Origin: Pseudomonadota bacterium
GTDB lineage: Bacteria; Pseudomonadota; Gammaproteobacteria; Burkholderiales; Thiobacteraceae
DNA length: 64,000 bases
Direction: 5' to 3'
NCBI GenBank assembly: GCA_038042985.1
Contig: JBBTCZ010000042.1
Coordinates: 6,856 to 70,855 of the forward strand
The stretch's first letter is position 1. Every line of letters starts with the position of its first letter. Positions 7,899 through 19,500 of this stretch are shown one piece after another. The position numbers were made by a program, and so were the translations under genes. The notes below the pieces were generated by a model, which saw nothing but the letters and a program-made list of their open reading frames with translations, did not search any database and was not told the DNA's origin.

Positions 7899-9437
7899 AT
7901 GAATCTTCTTAAGGCTCTAGCCACCGTGAGCGCGATGACGCTGCTCTCGCGCATTCTCGGATTCGTACGCGACACGGTAATCGCGCGCGCTTTTGGCGCC
8001 GGGCTAATGACCGACGCATTTTTCGTCGCGTTCAAAATCCCCAACTTGCTACGCCGCCTGTTTGCCGAGGGCGCTTTTTCGCAAGCCTTCGTGCCGATCC
8101 TCGGCGAATACAAAGCCAAACGCGAATTCGACGAGATGCGTCTACTCGTCGATCACGTCGCGGGTATATTGGCGCTGGCGCTATTCGTGGTGACACTGAT
8201 TGGCGTGATCGCAGCGCCGTTGGTGATCTATCTCAGCGCGCCGGGTTTTTCCGCCGACACGCAGAAATTCGACATCACCGTGTCCATGCTGCGTATTATT
8301 TTTCCGTACATATTTTTCATTTCGCTGGTGGCGTTGGCGGGCGGCATTCTCAATACTTACAGCCGGTTTTCGGTGCCGGCGTTCACCCCGGTTTTGCTCA
8401 ACCTATGCATGATTGCCGGCGCCTTGTGGTTGACGCCGTATTTTAATCCGCCGGTGCTGGCGCTGGCGTGGTCGGTACTCGCGGGCGGGGTACTACAGCT
8501 TGCATTTCAAGTACCGTTTTTGCGCCGGATTAAGCTGCTGCCGCGCCCCCGCTTAGATTTTCGCGATGCCGGCGTGCGGCGCATCATGAAGCTGATGGGG
8601 CCGGCAGTATTCGGCGTATCGGTCGGCCAGATATCGCTCTTGATCAACACCATCTTTGCTTCCTTCCTGGTGACTGGCAGCGTGTCCTGGCTGTATTACG
8701 CCGATCGTTTGATGGAATTCCCCGCCGGTATGTTGGGTGTGGCGCTGGGCACGATATTGCTGCCGAGTTTAGCTAAGCACTTTGCCACGGCTTCGCATGA
8801 GGAATATTCCAAGCTGCTGGATTGGGGCTTGCGCCTCACCTTGCTGCTCGCACTGCCGGCGGCGCTGGCGCTGGCGCTGCTTGCCGTTCCCTTGATTGCG
8901 ACGTTGTTCCACTACGGAAAATTTTCCGCGCATGATTTATTCATGACGCGCGAAGCCTTGCTGGCCTATAGCATTGGCTTGCTCGGCTTGATTATGGTGA
9001 AAGTGTTGGCGCCGGGTTTCTACGCGCGGCAAAACATTAAAACGCCGGTAAAAATCGCCATCGTCACCTTGATTGCGACCCAACTCATGAACTTGGCATT
9101 TGTCTGGAAATTGCAGCACGCGGGTCTCGCGCTGGCGATTGGTTTGGGTGCGTGCCTGAATGCAAGTTTGCTCTACTACCATTTACGCAAGGCTGGCATC
9201 TATACGCCACAGCCGGGTTGGGGCCTGTTTTTTTTGAAGGTTACGCTGTCGCTGGCGGTCATGGCCGGTGCCTTGTACTGGGCCATGGGCGATGCGCAAG
9301 CTTGGCTTTCTATGCCCGCTTTGAACAAAGTGGCCCATTTGACTGTGCTGGTAGCGGTGGGTGCGGGCACCTATTTCCTTACGCTGTTTGTGCTCGGGGT
9401 GCGTTCTCGAGATTTCATCAAACGCGGCGCGGAATAA
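7899..9437 (+). CDS. murJ: Lipid II flippase MurJ (MviN)
   Basis: 512 aa polytopic protein; [28 protein letters not shown] signature. Confidence 0.9.
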   Translation: MNLLKALATVSAMTLLSRILGFVRDTVIARAFGAGLMTDAFFVAFKIPNLLRRLFAEGAFSQAFVPILGEYKAKREFDEMRLLVDHVAGILALALFVVTLIGVIAAPLVIYLSAPGFSADTQKFDITVSMLRIIFPYIFFISLVALAGGILNTYSRFSVPAFTPVLLNLCMIAGALWLTPYFNPPVLALAWSVLAGGVLQLAFQVPFLRRIKLLPRPRLDFRDAGVRRIMKLMGPAVFGVSVGQISLLINTIFASFLVTGSVSWLYYADRLMEFPAGMLGVALGTILLPSLAKHFATASHEEYSKLLDWGLRLTLLLALPAALALALLAVPLIATLFHYGKFSAHDLFMTREALLAYSIGLLGLIMVKVLAPGFYARQNIKTPVKIAIVTLIATQLMNLAFVWKLQHAGLALAIGLGACLNASLLYYHLRKAGIYTPQPGWGLFFLKVTLSLAVMAGALYWAMGDAQAWLSMPALNKVAHLTVLVAVGAGTYFLTLFVLGVRSRDFIKRGAE

Positions 9438-9496
9438 TATCAATGTCACCAATCAGCTAGACCGCGCTACGCCTAAGCCGTTAAAATTCAAGGCTT

Positions 9497-10456
9497 ATGT
9501 TTAGTCTACTGAATTTGAATCCCGCTTTACCCAAAGGGCCGGTTGCCTGCGCCATCACCATCGGCAATTTCGATGGTGTACATCTGGGCCATCAAGCCAT
9601 GCTCGCCCGCTTGCGGGAAGTGGCGGCGCAGCGTGGGCTGCCGGCGGCGGTGATGACCTTCGAACCACACCCACGCGAGGTGTTCACACCGGATCAAGCA
9701 CCGGCGCGGCTCACCAGCCTGCGCGAAAAACTCGAATTGTTCCATAGCCATGGCATTGATCGCGTGGTGTTGGCGCGATTTAGCCGACGCTTTGCTGCGC
9801 TGACGCCGCAAGAATTCATCGAACGCATTTTGATCACAGGCATTCAAGCGCGCTGGATATTGATCGGCGACGATTTCCGTTTTGGCGCCAAACGCGTCGG
9901 TGATTTTGCGTTGCTAAGCCAAGCGGGTGCGGCGCATGGTTTCGACGTGGAGAGCTTACCCAGCGTGTTGGTCGAGGGCGTGCGCGTGTCCTCCACTGCG
10001 GTACGTGATGCGCTGGCGCAAGGGGATATGGAACTTGCCGCGCAATTTCTCGGCCGCCCGTACAGTATCAGCGGGCGTGTGGTGCATGGCGACAAACTCG
10101 GACACGAGTTGGGTTTTCCCACCGCCAACATCCAGATGAAGCACAACAAGCCGCCGTTGGCCGGCATCTTTGCGGTAGAATTATGCGGGTTTGATGGCGT
10201 CCGCTTGCCGGGTGTCGCGAGCTTGGGTGTGCGCCCGACGGTGAAGCAAAACGGTGCGCCCACGCTGGAAGTGCATGTCTTCGATTTTCACGATCGCATC
10301 TACGGCGCCCACGTCCGGGTGGATTTTCTGCACAAATTAAGGGATGAAGCGAAGTATCCCGACCTGCCTACATTGATCGCGCAGATCGCGCGCGACGTGG
10401 CGGAAGCGAAGCAATTCTTTTTAACCGCGCAGCGCCCTTTGTACCCCGGAGGGTAG
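9497..10456 (+). CDS. ribF: Bifunctional riboflavin kinase / FMN adenylyltransferase
   Basis: 319 aa; GNFDGVHLGHQ and the C-terminal kinase segment GFPTAN. Lies upstream of ileS, as in E. coli. Confidence 0.9.
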   Translation: MFSLLNLNPALPKGPVACAITIGNFDGVHLGHQAMLARLREVAAQRGLPAAVMTFEPHPREVFTPDQAPARLTSLREKLELFHSHGIDRVVLARFSRRFAALTPQEFIERILITGIQARWILIGDDFRFGAKRVGDFALLSQAGAAHGFDVESLPSVLVEGVRVSSTAVRDALAQGDMELAAQFLGRPYSISGRVVHGDKLGHELGFPTANIQMKHNKPPLAGIFAVELCGFDGVRLPGVASLGVRPTVKQNGAPTLEVHVFDFHDRIYGAHVRVDFLHKLRDEAKYPDLPTLIAQIARDVAEAKQFFLTAQRPLYPGG

Positions 10457-10483
10457 GCTGCGCGCCGGTGAGATGTTTTTTAT

Positions 10484-13240
10484 ATGGCTGATTACAAGCA
10501 CACACTGAACCTTTTCGATACGCCGTTTCCGATGCGCGGCGATCTGGCTAAACGCGAGCCGACCATGCTCAAAGCGTGGCAAGACAAGCGCGTGTATCAA
10601 CGCATCCGCGAGGCGGCACAAGGTCGACCCAAATTCATTTTGCACGATGGCCCCCCGTATGCGAACGGCGATATTCATATCGGCCATGCGGTGAACAAGG
10701 TGCTCAAAGACATCATCATCAAGAGCAAAACCCTGGCCGGGTTCGATGCGCCCTACGTCCCCGGTTGGGATTGCCACGGCCTGCCGATCGAGTTGCAAGT
10801 CGAAAAAACGCACGGCAAGCAAATCGAGCCGGCGCTATTCCGCGCCCTGTGCCGCGAGTACGCGCAGTCGCAGATCGAACGTCAAAAACAGGATTTCATT
10901 CGCCTCGGTGTATTGGGCGATTGGGCGCATCCCTATCTCACCATGGATTTCAATGCCGAGGCCGATATCATCCGCACCCTCGGCCAAATTCTGGAAAACG
11001 GTTATCTGTATCAGGGCGCGAAGCCGGTGCATTGGTGCATCGATTGCGGCTCGGCGCTGGCTGAAGCCGAGGTCGAGTACGAAGACAAAACCTCGCCCGC
11101 GATAGACGTGATGTTCGCAGTGCTTGATGGCGCGAAGCTGGGCCTGGATCAAGCCGCCTTTGCTGTGATCTGGACCACCACACCGTGGACCCTGCCGGCC
11201 AATCAAGCAGTCTGCGTGCATCCGGAGTTTTATTACGACTTGGTACAAACACCGAAGGGCGTGCTGATTCTCGCGCGCGATCTGGTCGAAGCGTGCATGC
11301 AGCGCTACGGCTTTGAGGCTTGGGATGTATTGAAGAGCGTGAAAGGTAGCGAGCTGGAAGGCATCGCGTTGCAGCATCCATTCTATGAGCGTGTCGTCCC
11401 CATCATCTGCGGCGATCACGTCACGCTTGATACCGGTACCGGGCTGGTGCATACCGCACCCGGTCATGGCTTGGATGACTATGTGGTGGGCGCGCGCTAT
11501 AAGTTGGCGGTGGAAAATCCAGTTGGCGACGACGGCAAGTTTTACGCGAACACACCACTGGTTGGCGGGCAACTCGTGTGGGGCGCGAACAAGACCGTGG
11601 TCGCCACACTTGCCGAGCGGGGCCGTTTGTTAAAAGAAGAAAAACTCAAGCACAGCTACCCGCATTGCTGGCGGCACAAAACCCCGATTATTTTTCGCGC
11701 CACCAGCCAGTGGTTTATCGGCATGGATGCGGGTAAGCATGGCAAAACCCTGCGTGAGCAAGCGATGGCGGCGGTGGAGCACACCCAATTCTTCCCGGCC
11801 TGGGGCCGTGCACGCCTAGAGTCGATGATCAAAAATCGCCCCGACTGGTGCGTATCGCGCCAGCGCTTTTGGGGGGTGCCGATGGCGCTGTTTGTGCACA
11901 AGGAAACCGGCGAGTTGCATCCGCGCACGTCTGACTTGATAGAGCAGGTAGCCAAGCGCGTTGAGCAAGCGGGCATCGAAGCCTGGTTTAGCTTGGACGC
12001 CGGCGAATTGCTGGGCGCCGAGGCCAACCAATATAAAAAACTCTCGCACACTTTGGACGTATGGTTCGATTCCGGCGTGACGCACGCCTCGGTATTGAAG
12101 AAGCGCGCGGAATTGCGCTACCCCGCCGATCTTTATCTCGAAGGCTCCGATCAGCATCGCGGCTGGTTTCAATCCAGCTTGCTCACCGGTTGCGCCACCG
12201 ATGGTCGTGCACCGTACGAGGCGCTGCTCACACATGGTTTCGTGGTCGATGGCCAGGGCCATAAGATGAGCAAGTCCAAGGGCAATGTGGTCGCGCCGCA
12301 AAAAGTGATCGACACCCTGGGCGCGGATATTCTGCGGCTGTGGGTCGCGGCCACCGATTACTCGGGCGAGCTGTCGATCTCGGATGAAATTCTAAAACGC
12401 GTGGTGGAAAGCTACCGGCGGATTCGCAACACCCTGCGTTTCTTGCTCTCGAATATCGCTGATTACGATCCGCAACTACATGCCTTGCCGATTGACGAGT
12501 GGCTGGAAATCGATCGCTACGCCTGGGTCATGACGGCCGATTTGCAGCACACGCTGGAAGGCCATTACCACGCTTACGAGTTTCATCAGATTGTGCAAAA
12601 GCTCACTACTTTTTGTTCCGAAGAGATGGGCGGCTTCTATCTGGATATTCTGAAAGATCGGCTGTATACCGCCGGTGTCGATTCCAAACCGCGCCGCTCG
12701 GCACAAAATGCGCTGTATCACATCACGCATGCGCTGACGCGTTTGCTAGCGCCGATCTTGTCTTTCACCGGCGAGGAATTATGGGCGAGCTTGACCAAGA
12801 GTGAAGATGACACCGTGTTCGTGCAGCGCTGGCATCACTTCGATTTGCCTAAGCATGCAGCCGAGTTGCGCGCGCACTGGGGCGCGATTCGCGAAGTGCG
12901 CGCAGATGTGCAAAAGCAATTGGAAGCAGTGCGCGTCGCGGGCGAAATCGGTTCCTCGCTGCAAGCGGAAGTGACGATTCACGCCAGCGGCGCCAAACAT
13001 GCAGTGCTGGCCTCGCTGCAAGACGATCTACGCTTTGTGTTGATCACCTCGCAAGCACGCGTGGTGGAAGTGGCTGACCCCGCCGCCGAAAAAACCGTGG
13101 TTACCTCCAGCGCCCAACTGAAGTGCGAGCGCTGCTGGCATTACCGCGCCGATGTGAACGCTGATCCGAAACATCATGGTTTGTGCGGGCGCTGCGTGTC
13201 GAATCTGCATGGCCCCGGCGAGCCGCGCACGCATGCCTGA
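10484..13240 (+). CDS. ileS: Isoleucine--tRNA ligase
   Basis: 918 aa; HIGH-type motif (P.ANG.IHIGHA), KMSKS, and C-terminal Cys-rich zinc motif CERCWHY...CGRC. Confidence 0.95.
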   Translation: MADYKHTLNLFDTPFPMRGDLAKREPTMLKAWQDKRVYQRIREAAQGRPKFILHDGPPYANGDIHIGHAVNKVLKDIIIKSKTLAGFDAPYVPGWDCHGLPIELQVEKTHGKQIEPALFRALCREYAQSQIERQKQDFIRLGVLGDWAHPYLTMDFNAEADIIRTLGQILENGYLYQGAKPVHWCIDCGSALAEAEVEYEDKTSPAIDVMFAVLDGAKLGLDQAAFAVIWTTTPWTLPANQAVCVHPEFYYDLVQTPKGVLILARDLVEACMQRYGFEAWDVLKSVKGSELEGIALQHPFYERVVPIICGDHVTLDTGTGLVHTAPGHGLDDYVVGARYKLAVENPVGDDGKFYANTPLVGGQLVWGANKTVVATLAERGRLLKEEKLKHSYPHCWRHKTPIIFRATSQWFIGMDAGKHGKTLREQAMAAVEHTQFFPAWGRARLESMIKNRPDWCVSRQRFWGVPMALFVHKETGELHPRTSDLIEQVAKRVEQAGIEAWFSLDAGELLGAEANQYKKLSHTLDVWFDSGVTHASVLKKRAELRYPADLYLEGSDQHRGWFQSSLLTGCATDGRAPYEALLTHGFVVDGQGHKMSKSKGNVVAPQKVIDTLGADILRLWVAATDYSGELSISDEILKRVVESYRRIRNTLRFLLSNIADYDPQLHALPIDEWLEIDRYAWVMTADLQHTLEGHYHAYEFHQIVQKLTTFCSEEMGGFYLDILKDRLYTAGVDSKPRRSAQNALYHITHALTRLLAPILSFTGEELWASLTKSEDDTVFVQRWHHFDLPKHAAELRAHWGAIREVRADVQKQLEAVRVAGEIGSSLQAEVTIHASGAKHAVLASLQDDLRFVLITSQARVVEVADPAAEKTVVTSSAQLKCERCWHYRADVNADPKHHGLCGRCVSNLHGPGEPRTHA

Positions 13241-13709
13241 TATCAAGCGCTGGTTGGGGATAAGCCTTGCGGTGATCGTGCTCGATCAACTCACCAAGCT
13301 GTGGATCGTCGGTGTCTTTCAGTACGGCGACAGCCTGTCGTTGACCAGCTTTTTCAATCTAGTGTATGCGCGCAACAGCGGCGCGGCATTCAGTTTCTTG
13401 GCGGGGGAGGGCGGCTGGCAGCGTTTTTTCTTCATCGCTATCGCGCTCGCGGCATCAGCGCTGATCGTGCATTTACTGCGCAAGCATGCGCAAGAGCGCG
13501 GGTTCTGTTTTGCGCTGAGCTTGATTCTGGGTGGCGCGCTGGGCAATTTGATCGATCGCGTACGATTCGGCTATGTGATCGATTTTCTGGATTTTTATTA
13601 TGCGGGCTATCATTTTCCCGCATTCAATGTGGCCGATTCGGCGATTACCCTCGGTGCGGCGTGGCTGATTTGGGATAGCTTGGGTAAGTCGACAGCCAAT
13701 CAAAAATGA
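13233..13709 (+). CDS. lspA: Lipoprotein signal peptidase II
   Basis: The ATG at 13233 overlaps the ileS stop (13238-13240). NSGAAFSF and FNVAD motifs. Confidence 0.9.
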   Translation: MPDIKRWLGISLAVIVLDQLTKLWIVGVFQYGDSLSLTSFFNLVYARNSGAAFSFLAGEGGWQRFFFIAIALAASALIVHLLRKHAQERGFCFALSLILGGALGNLIDRVRFGYVIDFLDFYYAGYHFPAFNVADSAITLGAAWLIWDSLGKSTANQK

Positions 13710-13809
13710 TTTCACCACGGAGAACGCAGCGATAGTTTTCTAAGTGGTTGTTGAAAGATTAGAGTTGTGGTTCCCATACGACAAGTATTTCTACTAGAAG
13801 TACACTTCT

Positions 13810-13836
13810 AAAAAAGCGGCCTAAGCCGCTTTTTTG
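13810..13836. terminator. Bidirectional rho-independent terminator
   Basis: AAAAAAGCGGC-CTAA-GCCGCTTTTTT, between convergent lspA and the PEP-CTERM gene. Confidence 0.8.
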
Positions 13837-13849
13837 GTAGTGATTTTGG

Positions 13850-14533
13850 TCAGGCGCGTTGCTTGCGGCGCATGGCGCCGATACCCGCCAAACCGATGCC
13901 CAGCAGTGCCAGAGAGGCGGGTTCGGGTACATTGTTATTGCTACCAGTTGAAAATCTGAAGTTATCAATGGCGAACGAGAAAGTGTTGCGGCCATTGAGC
14001 GTAATTGAAATAATATCAGCGGCGTCACTACCAAACCCAAAGAACTCCGGAATGCTACTGCTCGAAAAAATCAATGTTTGATAGGGGCTTCCCGAAGCAA
14101 AGTTAACTCTCATGTTCATACCGTCGCCTATCAGAGAATTCGTGTCAAACCCAAAGTACTGTGTATTGCTGTCAAATGTGATGGTCAATACGCGGTTGGG
14201 GTCGAGCGTATCTAGAAAACCACCAACAAAGCCGCCACCAGCATCGATATTGAAGAAAAATCCGCTGCCAGGGAGGGGGGTCGAATAAGTAACGCCAGGT
14301 TTGATTGTGCCGGGAGCAATGCCGGCTTCGTTGGTCGCAGAGTTAAGAATTCCTGAGTTAATCGGGAAATGAGAGTTGGGGGTGAAATCTTCTACTGTGA
14401 TAGAAAGCGCCCCAACTGCTGTGTTAAAAGATGTTAAATTGTTGTAGGTAGTAATGGGGCCAGCGTAGGCTATTGAAAAACATAAAGTGGCAGTGGATAA
14501 AAAGACTGATGGAATTATTTTAAATGTGCGCAT
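13850..14533 (-). CDS. PEP-CTERM sorting-domain secreted protein
   Basis: ATG at 14533 with AGGAG upstream. Signal peptide MRTFKIIPSVFLSTATLCFSIAYA. The C-terminus VPEPASLALLGIGLAGIGAMRRKQRA has PEP + TM + basic tail. The gene is visibly more AT-rich than its neighbours. Confidence 0.8.
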   Translation of the reverse strand: MRTFKIIPSVFLSTATLCFSIAYAGPITTYNNLTSFNTAVGALSITVEDFTPNSHFPINSGILNSATNEAGIAPGTIKPGVTYSTPLPGSGFFFNIDAGGGFVGGFLDTLDPNRVLTITFDSNTQYFGFDTNSLIGDGMNMRVNFASGSPYQTLIFSSSSIPEFFGFGSDAADIISITLNGRNTFSFAIDNFRFSTGSNNNVPEPASLALLGIGLAGIGAMRRKQRA

Positions 14534-14768
14534 CACGAGACTCCTACAATATGATTTAAGTGAAAATATAACAAGCATGATACATGCCACATTCTCAATG
14601 TATTTATAAATTAATCATTAATACAATAACTTAAGAAGTTTGTAAGAAGTCTATATTCTGGGGAATGAAAATTTTTAAGCATATATGTAAAAATTTCCGA
14701 CTTCCACAGCACCTTGATTGATATCCAAGGCGCGCAGAGCGAGTCGAGTATCCAGCGAGGAGTGGTAC

Positions 14769-15236
14769 GTGAAGAGTGAGGTGGGCGTGGCGTCGGGGGA
14801 CACCATCCTGATGCACTATAAGCTGGGTAGCCAGAACGGTGCGGAGCTTGAAAATACTTTCGATGGCGCCCCAATTGAAATTACCCTGGGTCGGAATGAA
14901 TTAGCGCTGAATCTGGAGCGCTGTTTAATCGGCCTGCCCTTGCATGAGCGCCATGTTTTCATGCTCGATCCGGCGCAGGCGTTTGGGATTAGGGACGAGC
15001 GCTTAATTCAACGCATTCCCCTTGCCGAGTTTCCGCCCGAGATTACGCCGCACGTGAAGTCGATGATCGAATTTCAAATGCCGAACGGCACAACCTTGCC
15101 GGGGGTGATTCAAGCAATCGGTCCCAGCGAAGCGGTGGTGGATTTCAACCACCCACTCGCCGATTGTCCGGTGCTATTTGAAGTGGAGATACTGGAAATT
15201 AATTCGGTGGGGAATCAGCCGCTGGGCTCACATTGA
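14769..15236 (+). CDS. fkpB: FKBP-type peptidyl-prolyl cis-trans isomerase (FkpB/SlpA-like)
   Basis: GTG at 14769 with GAGGAG upstream. HYKL..G...E.T......I.LG and NHPLA motifs. Its position between lspA and ispH matches E. coli. Confidence 0.75.
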   Translation: MKSEVGVASGDTILMHYKLGSQNGAELENTFDGAPIEITLGRNELALNLERCLIGLPLHERHVFMLDPAQAFGIRDERLIQRIPLAEFPPEITPHVKSMIEFQMPNGTTLPGVIQAIGPSEAVVDFNHPLADCPVLFEVEILEINSVGNQPLGSH

Positions 15237-15417
15237 TGGCGTGAGCGCCTTTCTCCCCGTTCTGGACTTCGAACGCGACGCGCTGGCCGCCTTTCAGCGT
15301 GCGGTATCCCTCAACTTGAATCGACGAATAGTGCACAAAAAGGTCTTCACCCTCTTCCGGCGCGATGAACCCATAACCCTTCGTGTTATTGAACCACTTG
15401 ACGACGCCATTTGCCAT
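15199..15417 (-). CDS. Cold-shock protein, CspA family
   Basis: 72 aa; MANGVVKWFNNTKGYGFI (RNP1) and DLFVHYS (RNP2). Confidence 0.9.
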   Translation of the reverse strand: MANGVVKWFNNTKGYGFIAPEEGEDLFVHYSSIQVEGYRTLKGGQRVAFEVQNGEKGAHAINVSPAADSPPN

Positions 15418-15510
15418 GTTGATCCCCTCCTTTCTCTGGTGTCTACAGCCTTACGTAAAACCTTGTTATTATGAGCAATTGGCGATATTGATAAACTATT
15501 TGGAAAAATT

Positions 15511-16437
15511 ATGCAAGTGTTCTTAGCCAACCCGCGCGGCTTCTGCGCCGGGGTCGACCGCGCGATCGAAATCGTGGAGCGGGCGCTCACCCTGTATGGT
15601 GCGCCGATTTATGTGCGGCACGAGGTCGTGCACAACAAATTCGTGGTGGATGATCTGCGCACAAAAGGAGCGGTTTTTGTCGAGAAATTAGCGGACGTGC
15701 CGGCGGGCGGCACCGTTATTTTCAGCGCGCATGGTGTGTCGCAAACGGTACGGCAAGAGGCGGAAGCTCGCGGCTTGAAAGTCTTCGACGCTACTTGTCC
15801 GCTAGTGACTAAAGTTCACGTCGAAGTCGCCAAAATGCGCGCCACGGCTAAAGAAATCATCATGATCGGCCACAAAGGCCATCCCGAAGTCGAAGGCACG
15901 ATGGGCCAAGCGGCGGGGGGCATGTATTTGGTCGAGACGCCGGAGGACGTCGCGACACTACAAGTCAGCGACGAGAAAAATTTAGCCTTTGTCACACAGA
16001 CCACCCTCTCAGTGGACGACGCAGCCAAAATCATCGACGCATTGAAACAACGCTTTCCCACCATCCAAGGCCCGAAAAAAGACGATATCTGCTACGCCAC
16101 GCAAAACCGCCAAGACGCAGTGAAAGCGCTGGCGGCGCAATGCGATGTGGTGATTGTGGTCGGCTCGCCCAATAGTTCCAACTCAAACCGCTTGCGTGAA
16201 GTGGCGCAGAACCTCGGCGTACAGGCCTATATGGTGGATACTGCCACCGACCTCAAACCGGAATGGGTTGCTGGAAGAGCCCGGGTGGGTATTACTGCCG
16301 GGGCCTCGGCGCCGGAGGTATTGGTCAAAGAAGTCATTGTGCGTTTGAAAATGCTTGGTGCGGGTGATGTTAATGAGATACTGGGTGTGCCTGAAAATGT
16401 GGTGTTTCCGATGCCGAAGGGGCTATCAGTGATTTAA
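15511..16437 (+). CDS. ispH: 4-hydroxy-3-methylbut-2-enyl diphosphate reductase
   Basis: 308 aa; [18 protein letters not shown] and ATQNRQ motifs. Confidence 0.95.
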   Translation: MQVFLANPRGFCAGVDRAIEIVERALTLYGAPIYVRHEVVHNKFVVDDLRTKGAVFVEKLADVPAGGTVIFSAHGVSQTVRQEAEARGLKVFDATCPLVTKVHVEVAKMRATAKEIIMIGHKGHPEVEGTMGQAAGGMYLVETPEDVATLQVSDEKNLAFVTQTTLSVDDAAKIIDALKQRFPTIQGPKKDDICYATQNRQDAVKALAAQCDVVIVVGSPNSSNSNRLREVAQNLGVQAYMVDTATDLKPEWVAGRARVGITAGASAPEVLVKEVIVRLKMLGAGDVNEILGVPENVVFPMPKGLSVI

Positions 16438-16479
16438 TTTGTGTCTTGTTTTCGTTCCGTTATATTCCTAACTTGCATT

Positions 16480-16515
16480 CTTCGGAGCTGACGTATCTCA
16501 GCTCCGAAGTTTTAT
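16480..16515 (+). terminator. Rho-independent terminator after ispH
   Basis: CTTCGGAGCTGA-CGTATC-TCAGCTCCGAAG followed by TTTTAT. Confidence 0.75.
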
Positions 16516-16538
16516 ATGCATGTTAAGGCAACAAAAGC

Positions 16539-19500
16539 TTACTCCGTAATAATCTCCCGCCAAGATACTCTATTGACGCCCCCAGAGTTCGTGGGTAAGG
16601 GCGCCGCTGTTACATCGACACTGCCATCCGACTGTTTAATAACGGTTTTAACCGTGCCATTCGGCAGCTTGACGATGGTTGGACGGCTCCCTAGCTTGTT
16701 ACCAAGTGATTTTGCTGTCCAACTGACGGTGGAGCCGGTGAGAAAGCCACCCGTTTTATAGTCCAAGAAGTAGAGCCAACTGGATCCACCTGGGGTGCAA
16801 GGGTCGATATTTGGAATATTACTGGTGAAAATGAGTGCCCCCAACGCCAACGCAGCGTTGGTTACAGCGCGTTCACCGCTATCAGGAAGGTCGACATACC
16901 ATCCTTTCTGAGTATTGTAGTTAACTGTGTTTGACGAGGCGGTGCGGAATAAACCGCTGGTAGTCAAAGTTTGCTGTTGAAGACTCGTACGTAAAGGGCT
17001 TATTAATGGGGAACTGGTCAAATCATCAACCAGACCATAATAAGATTGGGTTTGGGCGGCATGAATGTTCGCACCCGTTCCTGGTACATCTGAGTTTCCA
17101 AGATATTGGCCGGTGCCAACAAAAACCAAGCGTTTTCCGTTAACGATGCCGAGTTCGGGGGCAGTTGTAATGGGTTGGCTAGTAACAGCGCCATCTACCA
17201 GCGTAGCTAATTTAGCGACGCCCCATGCATTGCTATTGGTGCCCGTAAGATCAAAACGCCACAGGTTACCTTCCAGATCGCCGCCATATACGTATTCAAC
17301 CGTATTGTCGAGATTGCTAGTGGCGACATAGCCACTGATGTGCGCTAAACCGCTTGGGGTAGCCGAAGACCCTACCCCAGTGGGAATATCCTTGAGCAGG
17401 TCGCCTGTTTTCGCATCCAATACAAACAAGTGGCCTTGTCCATCTCCGCTGGTGTCACTGCCGTTGTTGTAGCCTGAAGTGACCAGGATAACCCATCCTT
17501 TGGCCGTCGTTTTGACCAGAATAGGGCTAGCATAGCTAAGGCCAATATTGTTTCTGACTATGGCATTAGTGCTCGAATTGGGGAACTCCCAGAGTACTTT
17601 GTTCGCAACGTCGGTGTCGCTGAGTGCCGACGGGTTAGTGACGTCTAGTGCGTAATATCCGCGACCGCCTTTTCCTAAGCCACCAACCAAAATTGTGTGC
17701 CAATCTGCTGGTGGGTTGCCGGTCACGCCTGCGGTATTACTAAAGTCCAAGTCGCCGACTATGGGGGTTCCATCTACGTAGTAATAGTGGACGAACCCAG
17801 ATTTCGCGCTCAAATTAACTAATTTGCTAGTAGTTGCGTTGCTGGGCAGCTTGGAATCGAAAAGCAAACCCGGGACATACGCCCACTGTTCGGCTCCGCC
17901 CCCTGCCCCCGCGCTGAATGCATGTAGCATGCCATCGTTGGCGGCTTGATAGACCATTTTGGCGCGGGAGGCATTCGCGGTTTTATATGCCGAATAGCCA
18001 CTATCTGCGTAAGAATAAATAGGCGCTGCAACATAAACCGACTCGGCATTAATGATGTCGCCTAGTACATGGCTGCGAGTACGATAGGTTGTGCCTTCTA
18101 AAGATCGATCTCCGCGCAGGAAATTAAGCACGGTTGCGCCGTCTGTACCGGAAGGAGGGGTATGCAGCGTCGCTTTTTGCCCCGTACTCAAACTCGCCCA
18201 CGTAAAAGGTATCCCCGCGCTTCCTGAGAAAGATCCAATCTTGCGGTTAGTCCACGTTAGGGCATCTAATTGTGCTTGGGCTGATGTTGTCCAAAGTGGT
18301 GCGTTGGTATCGGGGATACCGGTAGTTAAATTAATCGGATAAGCCTGCAAATCACCCGTCCAATTTCCCCCATGAAAACTAGAGGAATAAGAGCTATTGT
18401 CATTCGCTGTGACGTTATTGTTGCTAACGGTGACTGCTGCTGCAGCGCCTTCTCGTCCAACGATATCATTCAGCGCAGCGGTTAGGCCGTCTTTAAGCGT
18501 AGAAGGATCCTTGCCGCTGAAATATTGGCCATGCCCATTGATCGCGGCATGCCATAAGTCATCGATGGTGCTGGCGGTACCGGCTGTGGGCACAGGCCAG
18601 TTGGTTGTGCCGCTTTTGAGGTTGGCCAAGGTTGTGGCATTAAAGGCAAGCGTTCCATCAACCCCCATGCCTATTGTGAAAGTAGAAACGTGCTGCCAGG
18701 TTGCTGGATCTGAACTATTGGCAAGGACATTGTTGGTCAAAGTACGAAGGTCGGTGGCCCAGTAATACATGGCAATATCGGCTAAGTTGTTGCTACTGGC
18801 GGTTGTACCTTCATAAAAGGGTCGTGGCCAAGCGCTGGCGGGGGTAAGCGCAGTACCCGATATTGGATCTAGGCTGATTGTTGCCGGGAGCGTCGGCACA
18901 GTCTGATCATGATTGCCGACTGTCGTACTGACTGCGACGTTCCAATAGCCATCGGTTGAAACGATATGGTAGTTAGGCTGGCATGATTGCTGGATTGGAT
19001 CAATCGATCCGCTAGCGCCGGGAAGCGTTCCGGTTCGATAGTATTCGCCCACACGACGGAGCGATTCTGGAACAGGTGTGCCGCCATTGGGCGTCACGGC
19101 AAACAACCGGGTGAACCATGTGGCTTTTTGCCCGGTCGTAAAATCAGCAGTATTGAGGAAGTTGGCGCCGCTGGTATTGGTGCTACCACTATTGTCGTTA
19201 ATGGTATAAAACCCCACACGATATTGGTCGTTCAACGTTGAGAACGATAGGCTCAAGGCGCTTTTCATCGCCAACATGCGGGTGCGGTAGTAACTGTGCC
19301 AAATGATGAAATTCGTTTGTTGGGCGGTCGGGAGGTTGATACACGTAAAGTTGGCGTCGTTGTTGACGATTGCATTATCTGTTGGCGATGTGAGGATCGT
19401 GGTTGCACCAGCATTATAAGTGCAATAGTTGGCGGCGACAGCTGCATTGCAACCGTATTCATCCGCGCGAAAGCTGGTCGATATATTTCTGGTGCTGGTA

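Noticed and set aside
9228-9235. T8 homopolymer in murJ as a phase-variation tract
   Set aside because: murJ is essential, and a run of this length is expected by chance. It serves only as a caution for interpreting the pilW G8 tract.
13713-13733. Possible extra copy of the CACGGGG repeat (TTCACCACGGAGAACGCAGCG)
   Set aside because: Only the first ~10 nt resemble the family, and there are no repeated CACGGGG units or partner arm.
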